Shown here in pieces: positions 8,124-14,422 of a stretch of DNA of 24,096 nucleotides. Source of the DNA: a virus (lineage: Duplodnaviria > Caudoviricetes). How positions within the stretch are numbered: position 1 is the stretch's first letter; each line of letters begins with the position of its first letter. The position numbers and the translations under genes are program-made. The notes below the pieces were generated by a model. That model ran no database searches and was not told the DNA's origin. It saw only the letters and a list, made by a program, of their open reading frames with translations. The stretch is from positions 1-24,096 of IMG/VR virus record IMGVR_UViG_3300029183_000434; one strand, written 5' to 3'.

Positions 8124-8537
8124 ATGCGCCCGTCACGCCGCCATCTCCAGGAACGGATCGAAGAACTTGAAATCACAAATTGTGATCTCAAGTCCGCCTG
8201 CGCACGCAGGAACTTCGCCTATGAGGTGGTGAGAAATTCCATGCGTAAAGCCTCTCTCAGGGACGAAAATTACTGTATCCCAAAGCGGACGTTTCACAGG
8301 TGGCAAAACGTACTTACCAATGCTGGAATGGATGATCCGGACAAAGAGCTTGATGCAGCGATGGTTGGGGCGGGAGCGCCGTACGTGCTTGAGGAAGAAA
8401 ATACCGTCTTTACACCAGATAGCGTAAAGACGCTTTCTATACGAAAGTTTGGTGGGGTTTGGGCAGGGTTCGCTAAAGTTGGACTAGCCTCACTGCTTTG
8501 TGCAGTGCCGGCGGAGATTGCAGGGTGGGGGATTTAA
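8124..8537 (+). CDS. Hypothetical protein
   Basis: Operon-packed; TAATG overlap with the next gene. Confidence 0.65.
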   Translation: MRPSRRHLQERIEELEITNCDLKSACARRNFAYEVVRNSMRKASLRDENYCIPKRTFHRWQNVLTNAGMDDPDKELDAAMVGAGAPYVLEEENTVFTPDSVKTLSIRKFGGVWAGFAKVGLASLLCAVPAEIAGWGI

Positions 8538-8929
8538 TGCCGAAGGAAGTTCTCTTTTCTGTTACCCGAAAGGACTGCGAGTGGGATTACTACTCAGGGT
8601 CTGGTGCGGGCGGTCAACACAGGAACAAGCATCAAAATTGTGTTCGGGTTCACCATAGGCCATCTGGTGCGCGGGGGAATTGTCAGGATCACCGGGAACG
8701 AAAGCCAAACGAGCGCGAGGCGTTCGCCCGAATGTTTCGGACCGAAAAAATGCAGAGCTGGCTCCGTATCGAGGCCGCGCGGAGGACTGGAGCCCTGAAG
8801 GAGGCGGAAGAGCGCACTGAGGCATCTTTAAAACCCCGAAACCTAAGAATCGAGGCAAAGGATGCGAACGGTAGGTGGGTTGATTGGGACGATCGTGAGC
8901 CCGATGAGGTCGCCGGAGGGGCGTCATGA
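8537..8929 (+). CDS. Class I release factor GGQ-domain protein (peptidyl-tRNA hydrolase domain only)
   Basis: YSGSGAGGQHRNKHQNCVRVHHRPSG...QDHRERKPNEREAF. Confidence 0.88.
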   Translation: MPKEVLFSVTRKDCEWDYYSGSGAGGQHRNKHQNCVRVHHRPSGARGNCQDHRERKPNEREAFARMFRTEKMQSWLRIEAARRTGALKEAEERTEASLKPRNLRIEAKDANGRWVDWDDREPDEVAGGAS

Positions 8930-9225
8930 CCTCCAACACCAGAAAGCCCTGCCTAGCAGAAGACTGGTTCGTATCCGACGGACTGGAGATGATCGCAGGC
9001 GGTTCAAGGCCGAGATATCTCAGTGTGTTCGGAAACGACGATGAGGCTGCCCTTCGGGAGGTTTATCGCCAAAGCCGGGATATAAGGGTTGGGAAAATAA
9101 TGACCGGACAATTCGATAGCGCAAGAGCAACAGGGGATTGGGCGGCACTGGAAATCCTTCAGTTCATAGGGCATTTCGCTGAAGACCATATTCCGAGGGT
9201 GAAAAATCAGATAGATGACCAGTAA
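8926..9225 (+). CDS. Hypothetical protein
   Basis: GGAGG RBS; ATGA overlap. Confidence 0.65.
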   Translation: MTSNTRKPCLAEDWFVSDGLEMIAGGSRPRYLSVFGNDDEAALREVYRQSRDIRVGKIMTGQFDSARATGDWAALEILQFIGHFAEDHIPRVKNQIDDQ

Positions 9226-9367
9226 CACCAGCCGAATTCTAAGCCACACCAGGGAGGAAATAGACCGATTGAAGAAAAATCCAAATCCAACAGACTTGGA
9301 AACACTTAGTAGGGTGCTGGATGAGTGCTTGCGTCGGGCGAAGGAGATAGAACGTGAAGTTCGATGA
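9215..9367 (+). CDS. 50-aa helical hypothetical protein
   Basis: Fills the gap and overlaps both neighbours; not in the ORF track. Confidence 0.55.
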   Translation: MTSNTSRILSHTREEIDRLKKNPNPTDLETLSRVLDECLRRAKEIEREVR

Positions 9368-9584
9368 GAAGGAATTGACGGAGGCATGCCGCAAGATCGA
9401 ACCTATCTTATGCACGTACAATCACGAGCATTTAGGGAACGACGATTGTGACGGAAGAAGCGTGCTTTGCGGTTATTGCTCGAACCAAGCGCGCCGCCTG
9501 GTCAGGGTTACCCTCGGGCTTGAATCAAACGAACCGACTGCGATCGAGGTCAAGATGATGGGAGCTAAGCGTGGCACGAAGTGA
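9354..9584 (+). CDS. Hypothetical protein
   Basis: AAGGAG RBS before GTG; Cys-rich (LCGYC). Confidence 0.6.
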   Translation: MKFDEKELTEACRKIEPILCTYNHEHLGNDDCDGRSVLCGYCSNQARRLVRVTLGLESNEPTAIEVKMMGAKRGTK

Positions 9585-9753
9585 TCTGATCGACATCGCA
9601 TGTGAGATCAAGCGAGAGACGGAAAAAGCTTACGCCATCAGCGATGACGGCGAAAACATCATCTGGGTACCAAAGTCACAAGTGGAGTTCGATGAGGACC
9701 AAGGAACGATGGCCATGCCGGAATGGTTGGCGGAAGAAAAAGGGCTGATTTGA
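9571..9753 (+). CDS. Small phage protein
   Basis: ETEKAYAISD...WVPKSQ...MPEWLAEEKGLI pattern, recalled as common in phages; GGAG RBS. Confidence 0.75.
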   Translation: MARSDLIDIACEIKRETEKAYAISDDGENIIWVPKSQVEFDEDQGTMAMPEWLAEEKGLI

Positions 9754-9953
9754 TGGACGCACGAAACGACACAAAGGCATGGTGGGAACTCCCACGTTCT
9801 TCACGATTGCGACGCCTGCAGTTCGATCGGCAAACTCTCAGGCTGGAGCGGGGCTGTACACAAGAGCAATGCCGGATCGAAAGATATAACAACCTGATTG
9901 CCGAGAAAACGCTGCAGATCAAGATGGTGATTGAGCATGGGATGGCGGGGTAG
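9753..9953 (+). CDS. Hypothetical protein
   Basis: TGATG coupling at 9751-9755. Confidence 0.55.
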   Translation: MDARNDTKAWWELPRSSRLRRLQFDRQTLRLERGCTQEQCRIERYNNLIAEKTLQIKMVIEHGMAG

Positions 9954-9956
9954 AAA

Positions 9957-10220
9957 ATGACACCTGAGCGGGCAAAATTCCTTGCAGAGTCTATTGTAAT
10001 TGATCTCGTAAAACGAGAGCTTGAGACATACAAAGCTTGGCGTGACGATGACGATGAGAGTTACGAAGTATATTCCACTGCAAACGAACGGTTGATTAGA
10101 TCTATAGCAATCGCTCTCGCGGAGTCATCAACCTGCACTAAACGAGCGGTCCCACTCGAACCTGTGCTGCTCAGCATAGCCCTCGGTGCCGCTCTCTGTC
10201 TAATGGCGGTTTCATCATGA
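9957..10220 (+). CDS. Hypothetical protein with C-terminal TM segment
   Basis: Operon-packed; hydrophobic C-terminus. Confidence 0.6.
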   Translation: MTPERAKFLAESIVIDLVKRELETYKAWRDDDDESYEVYSTANERLIRSIAIALAESSTCTKRAVPLEPVLLSIALGAALCLMAVSS

Positions 10221-10819
10221 CTTCACAACTCTCCACCCTCAAGCGCGTGTCGGCTGTAAGGCACCGTCCCCGCCAGGTGCCGGGCGGCCTAACCCCTGAG
10301 CGTTATGCCCGCTCAATGGGCGTCACCATGCGGCCCTTGCCAGGCTCCAAGCGCCAGGTCATGGTCTGTCGGACAACCCTCGACATGCTCAGGGAGCGCG
10401 GGCAACTGCCGATGCATCTCCGCGTCGCATTCGATCAGTACGTCATAAGTTGGAACATGGCCAACGGTGTATCAGGAGCGGCCAACGACACTCACTCAAC
10501 CGCCAAAGGGATATCGAGTTATGATGGCGTGGCTCCGGCGCCGGGATCGTACGGACCGAAGACGCTATCAAATCGGCAGATTAGTCACGGAGAGGTTGTC
10601 CAGCAGATTAAGAATGCCATCCCCCCGCGCCTGCTTGGTGTGTTTGATCAGTTGGAAAAAGAGGAATGCGGACTCTGGTATGAAAAGCCGCGCCCTCTGA
10701 CGATCTACGGCAATTCAACCGGCTTCAACCAGCAACAACAGGCCCGAGCCTCGGGGGCAACTATGGTGGTCGATGTCTGTGCGATTGTGGAACATGCGTT
10801 AAAGCGAATGGGGATGTAA
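10217..10819 (+). CDS. Putative late-gene activator/antiterminator (DUF6456-like)
   Basis: Last gene of the early operon (lambda Q position); TTLDMLRERGQL..AFDQY...W...YDG resembles DUF6456 proteins. Confidence 0.55.
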   Translation: MTSQLSTLKRVSAVRHRPRQVPGGLTPERYARSMGVTMRPLPGSKRQVMVCRTTLDMLRERGQLPMHLRVAFDQYVISWNMANGVSGAANDTHSTAKGISSYDGVAPAPGSYGPKTLSNRQISHGEVVQQIKNAIPPRLLGVFDQLEKEECGLWYEKPRPLTIYGNSTGFNQQQQARASGATMVVDVCAIVEHALKRMGM

Positions 10820-10826
10820 ATAAACA

Positions 10827-10838
10827 GGATTTTAATCC
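10827..10838. promoter_or_regulatory. Palindromic operator-like site, copy 1
   Basis: GGATTTTAATCC, intergenic. Confidence 0.6.
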
Positions 10839-10973
10839 ATTTGTTGCTCACTTACATATAGACGTGCACGATGTCTCTGTGATACCCGGACAATCGCAGG
10901 CGATTTTTATCCTCACCGGCAAGGCACACACGCAACCCTTAGTGATCTAGGTGCATCCGACCGGTGAGGACGA

Positions 10974-11342
10974 TCAGCCAAGCAGGCCTTTCGCAATGTT
11001 GGGTCCAGCCCGAAAGAACAAGGTCCGGCACCCCTTTCGTTTCTTCTGAACAATCAAGCCTTCGGCTTCCCACTGGCGCCGCCAACGGCAGACGGTCGAC
11101 TTCGAGCGCTTCCAGCGTTTGGCGAGAATATCCATAGTTAGGCCGCACCAGAGATCGGAATCTTCTGGGAACGCAAATTCGATCCAATCCAGAATCCGTT
11201 TTTGCTGCTCCAAGTAATCCAGATCGGTCTTGAGGTTACGTGCATACTGATCGATCAGGCTTTGCGCCGCCCGTGATTTCCGGAGAGCGCGCACCACCGG
11301 CTTCTGGCACGGCGGACAAGGGTGTGTTATCAAAGTGGTCAT
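10974..11342 (-). CDS. Winged-HTH DNA-binding protein
   Basis: TMDILAKRWKRSKSTVCRWRRQWEAEGLI; has its own promoter and AGGAAG RBS. Confidence 0.75.
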   Translation of the reverse strand: MTTLITHPCPPCQKPVVRALRKSRAAQSLIDQYARNLKTDLDYLEQQKRILDWIEFAFPEDSDLWCGLTMDILAKRWKRSKSTVCRWRRQWEAEGLIVQKKRKGCRTLFFRAGPNIAKGLLG

Positions 11343-11411
11343 GGTCTTCACTTCCTGCAAAAGTGTTGATCTAGGGCTGGATCCGGGAGTGCAATCCCGA
11401 CCAGCCCGTTA

Positions 11412-11440
11412 ACCATAGCAGGTCTGAAGTTTTTAGGCAA
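11412..11440 (-). promoter_or_regulatory. Sigma70-type promoter for the HTH gene
   Basis: TTGCCT-17 bp-TATGGT with TGn extension. Confidence 0.6.
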
Positions 11441-11442
11441 GA

Positions 11443-11456
11443 GGGATTTTAATCCC
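11443..11456. promoter_or_regulatory. Palindromic operator-like site, copy 2
   Basis: GGGATTTTAATCCC next to the -35 box. Confidence 0.6.
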
Positions 11457-11526
11457 TTTCGTTACAGGAATTACGAAGTCTCACGTTCGCGTTGAACCAT
11501 CAACCCGCTGAACGGAGGCAAATCCC

Positions 11527-11772
11527 GTGTATAAGATTATTTTCACGCTGGCCTATTTGGCAGGTCACGGCGAGTTAACAGTCACAACCGTTACTCCGCT
11601 TTACGCTCCGGAGTTCGGAACAAGCGGTATTTGCAAAGCATGGGCAAAACGCCATGGCCACAAAATCGCCAACGATCTCTACCGTCACGGGGCAAAGAAA
11701 GTGACGTCGGCCTGCATCCGGAGCGATGAACTTGAAATCGTCCAGACCACAGCCAAGGGGCAGGACGTCTGA
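11527..11772 (+). CDS. Small, possibly exported protein
   Basis: GGAGG RBS; hydrophobic N-terminus; two Cys. Confidence 0.65.
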   Translation: MYKIIFTLAYLAGHGELTVTTVTPLYAPEFGTSGICKAWAKRHGHKIANDLYRHGAKKVTSACIRSDELEIVQTTAKGQDV

Positions 11773-11920
11773 TTAACCGCCCCGGCAAACCGCGCTGAGC
11801 CGCGGCGCCGGGACTTGACACGCAACCGCCTGAACGGTCGCACGCCTAAGAAAAACACTATCATAAAACCATTGAAGGCTAACGCGCCAAATGGCCCCAC
11901 TGACAGGAAGGGGACCGCAA

Positions 11921-12451
11921 ATGAGTCGTTATTTTTCCCGTGAATACGTATCCGAAGCCGTGATGTGGCTTGGCATCGGCGCCATGCTCGCCAGCTTTAC
12001 TATGATGCCGTCGTATCGAAGCCTCTGGGAATACTCGATCCACCGGGGGATCGCTGCCGACAACATCACAACCGGCGTTTTGTCTGCCATCTGCGTTGTC
12101 GTTCTTCTTGCCAACAGAAAGACGCGTGTTGACTGGTCGTGGCAGGACCGGCGGTTCGACTTCTACGCGACCGTCGCGCTTGTGGCGGCCCTGGGGTTTC
12201 ACCGCGATCTCTGGGCACCATGGCGCCTGATGCTCGATGCCGGAGCCTTAGAGACAGCGCAGATGTATCGCGATACGTGGGCACAAATGACATCGCTCCC
12301 GCAAGGGGTGTGGTGGGTTGCATTCTGGATTTTACCAGCGCCGTTCTACCGGCAATGGTTTGGCCGTGGTTGGCCGTGGTTGGCGTTCGCAGTGACGACG
12401 ATTATCTGGGCGTTGGCATACAACATAAATGATCTCATCAATTGGACATAG
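11921..12451 (+). CDS. Multi-pass membrane protein
   Basis: About five hydrophobic, Trp-rich segments; AAGGGG RBS. Confidence 0.7.
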   Translation: MSRYFSREYVSEAVMWLGIGAMLASFTMMPSYRSLWEYSIHRGIAADNITTGVLSAICVVVLLANRKTRVDWSWQDRRFDFYATVALVAALGFHRDLWAPWRLMLDAGALETAQMYRDTWAQMTSLPQGVWWVAFWILPAPFYRQWFGRGWPWLAFAVTTIIWALAYNINDLINWT

Positions 12452-12482
12452 ACCATGACCACGACGGCATTTGGAGACTTCG

Positions 12483-12803
12483 ATGAACGGGATTCCTGGC
12501 AACGGCTTATCGCTTGGGACGGCGATTGGTCGGATGGAAGCCAAAATGGACGGGATTATCCACACCCAGATCCGACAGGAGGTTACTCTGCAGCGCGTGG
12601 CCACCCAGGTCGATCACGTCCACGCACACACACAGGCCGCGTCAACGGTGCCGGACACCACCGATCAAACTATTCTGACTTTCGTTGGCAGCATCAAGTC
12701 GATTCTACAAATCACGGTGGTCGTGATCGTTCTGACACTCTCGCTCGTCGGTCAGGTGAACGTCGAATGGCTCCGGGGCGCGATCAAGTGGCTCTTCCTA
12801 TGA
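12483..12803 (+). CDS. Coiled-coil plus C-terminal TM protein (holin/XhlA-like architecture)
   Basis: GGAG RBS; AIGRMEAKMDGI coiled coil; C-terminal TM. Confidence 0.6.
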   Translation: MNGIPGNGLSLGTAIGRMEAKMDGIIHTQIRQEVTLQRVATQVDHVHAHTQAASTVPDTTDQTILTFVGSIKSILQITVVVIVLTLSLVGQVNVEWLRGAIKWLFL

Positions 12804-12895
12804 GGTGGGCGGACCGCTTGTTCTGGCTGTTGTTAGGGCTAACCATCACCAGTGTGGGGGTTTTGATCTTTAGAGTTGTATCAGGCGCGCTTTAG
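12800..12895 (+). CDS. 31-aa single-TM peptide
   Basis: ATGA overlap; MRWADRLFWLLLGLTITSVGVLIFRVVSGAL. Confidence 0.55.
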   Translation: MRWADRLFWLLLGLTITSVGVLIFRVVSGAL

Positions 12896-12909
12896 TCGAC
12901 ACAGACGCC

Positions 12910-13194
12910 TCAGGAGGCCCGCTTGAGGTTATGACGGTGCATAGCCCTCACACGCTGGTTTACACCAATTCTGGCCGTAATATGGGCGATGACGGCACGA
13001 TCTATAGCTTCATTTGCCTCGAAGATGGCCTCTTGCATCGTTGGCGCACTGAAAATCGACCGAAGACCCCGCATCGATCGCTGCCGCCCACCGATCTCGA
13101 ATTTGCCTCTGAGGCACCGGGGCCACTGAATCTCTACACGTTCAAGACCGTTCCTTGGAGGTAGGGGGGACGGGGTGATTTTGGGGAGTTCCAA
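12910..13194 (-). CDS. Hypothetical protein (start uncertain)
   Basis: Last ORF of the minus-strand cluster. Confidence 0.45.
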   Translation of the reverse strand: MELPKITPSPLPPRNGLERVEIQWPRCLRGKFEIGGRQRSMRGLRSIFSAPTMQEAIFEANEAIDRAVIAHITARIGVNQRVRAMHRHNLKRAS

Positions 13195-13468
13195 GAGTGG
13201 GCTCCAAAGTTGCGTGGCTGGGATTGGTTACGCAACTTGGAGAAACGCCTAGGCTACTATCATATATAGCCATCTTTACCTCGATTATGGGCATGGTTGT
13301 CGGTTCTAAACGGGTTGGACACTTAACGATCTTCCAGATCGGCTCGCTCCATCCCATAACCACAGTTGGTCTCTCACTCACCATCGAATACGGCCCCACC
13401 ACCGGAAGTATCCCGGTAAAGGCGACAAGGCCGGTGAGGAAGGAGCGGCGGGATATTTGATCAGTCAT
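13142..13468 (-). CDS. Protein with a twin-arginine signal-like N-terminus
   Basis: MTDQISRRSFLTGLVAFTGILPVVG; overlaps the upstream ORF. Confidence 0.6.
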   Translation of the reverse strand: MTDQISRRSFLTGLVAFTGILPVVGPYSMVSERPTVVMGWSEPIWKIVKCPTRLEPTTMPIIEVKMAIYDSSLGVSPSCVTNPSHATLEPTLGTPQNHPVPPTSKERS

Positions 13469-13724
13469 GGCGGTAAAGTGGTTTTTCAAACAAGGCGCTT
13501 CGAAACATGTTGTTGGTCCTGTAGCCGCACTCGGGGCATTTTAGAGAGATCCGACCGACTACGCTTTTATCAGTAACAACCCTTTCGTCGATTTTTGGAT
13601 CCGGTGCCGCGCACCACGGGCAAAAGTGAGGTGCAGCGTGCATGGCATGAACTCGTGATTCTAGATCGTTGCCTCCGTTCAGATCAAACGCACGGTCGAT
13701 TGTGGTTTCATCACGGGTAGTCAT
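13461..13724 (-). CDS. Zinc-ribbon protein (Lar-like architecture)
   Basis: CPWC ... CPECG. Confidence 0.6.
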   Translation of the reverse strand: MTTRDETTIDRAFDLNGGNDLESRVHAMHAAPHFCPWCAAPDPKIDERVVTDKSVVGRISLKCPECGYRTNNMFRSALFEKPLYRHD

Positions 13725-13742
13725 CAGGCGTTCCGTTCAAAT

Positions 13743-13758
13743 TGTTTCACGTGAAACA
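13743..13758. promoter_or_regulatory. parS: parS centromere site
   Basis: Exact 16-bp consensus palindrome TGTTTCACGTGAAACA, intergenic. Confidence 0.85.
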
Positions 13759-13770
13759 TTGGAGATTTCG

Positions 13771-13852
13771 TGGACCGGGCCGGACACTACCCCGGCTAAG
13801 TCAGGTCGTACCGAGTAACCCGCATGTCTGTGACTTCCATGCCGCCGATCCA
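13771..13852 (-). ncRNA. Putative tRNA-like cloverleaf RNA (non-canonical)
   Basis: 8-bp closing stem with three internal arms; begins 5 nt after a predicted -10 box. Confidence 0.6.
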
Positions 13853-13857
13853 GATAA

Positions 13858-13886
13858 ACCATAACATTATTTGACAACGATACCAA
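13858..13886 (-). promoter_or_regulatory. Sigma70-type promoter for the tRNA-like RNA and the minus-strand cluster
   Basis: TTGGTA-17 bp-TATGGT with TGn extension; same TGnTATGGTT as the promoter at 11412. Confidence 0.55.
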
Positions 13887-13903
13887 GGAAAGCGAGGTCG
13901 AAA

Positions 13904-14422
13904 ATGGTGAAGAAATCCGACAAAAAAGACGTCGCTATTGGACGTCCAACCGTCTTCAAGCCAGAGTTCTGCGAGCAGGTGGAAAAGCTTTGCCGCCTCG
14001 GCGCCGATGACGTGGCGATTGCAAACTTCTTCGAAGTGGATGAGCGAACCATCTACAGATGGAAGAACAAATACCCCGCGTTTTGTCAGGCCATAAAGGA
14101 CGGGAAGGTCTTTGCTGACATGAAAGTGGCGGAAGCACTCTACAACAAAGCAACCGGCTACATGACCCAGGTTGAGAAGGTTTCCAAGAAATCGGACGGT
14201 TCGATGGAGAAGGTCACACTCAATGTGAATATCGAGCCCGACACGACGGCCGCCATCTTCTGGCTGAAAAACCGCCACAAGGAATATTGGCGAGACAAGA
14301 CGGAAAGCACACAAAACGTCAACATAAACATGGTCGAAGATGCCTCAGAAACTGCTCGCTCCCGGATCGCTGACCTCATTGACCGCAAGCGAGCTGGAGC
14401 AGATTCTAAGCGAGTTCACTGA
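13904..14422 (+). CDS. terS: Terminase small subunit
   Basis: GRPTVFKPEF..HTH..ALYNKATGY..PDTTAAIFWLKNR..WRDK; GAGG RBS. Confidence 0.9.
   Translation: MVKKSDKKDVAIGRPTVFKPEFCEQVEKLCRLGADDVAIANFFEVDERTIYRWKNKYPAFCQAIKDGKVFADMKVAEALYNKATGYMTQVEKVSKKSDGSMEKVTLNVNIEPDTTAAIFWLKNRHKEYWRDKTESTQNVNINMVEDASETARSRIADLIDRKRAGADSKRVH

Noticed and set aside
8926-9229. Two adjacent ORFs both beginning MTSNT
   Set aside because: Similarity does not extend beyond about 15 nt, so a duplication cannot be supported.
12455-12799. 146-aa ORF 12455-12895
   Set aside because: Mostly an alternative frame over the 12483-12803 gene; only the last 31 codons look real.
13796-13805. CTAAGTCAGG repeated at 23883-23892
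   Set aside because: A single 10-mer match is expected by chance in 24 kb.
13771-13852. Canonical tRNA-Pro(CGG)
   Set aside because: No TTCRA T-loop, pyrimidine at position 37, an A-C mismatch closing the loop and an 8-bp acceptor stem; kept only as tRNA-like.
13871-13876. TTGACA as the terS promoter -35 (also TTGACA at 11815)
   Set aside because: No acceptable -10 hexamer at 16-18 bp spacing in either case.
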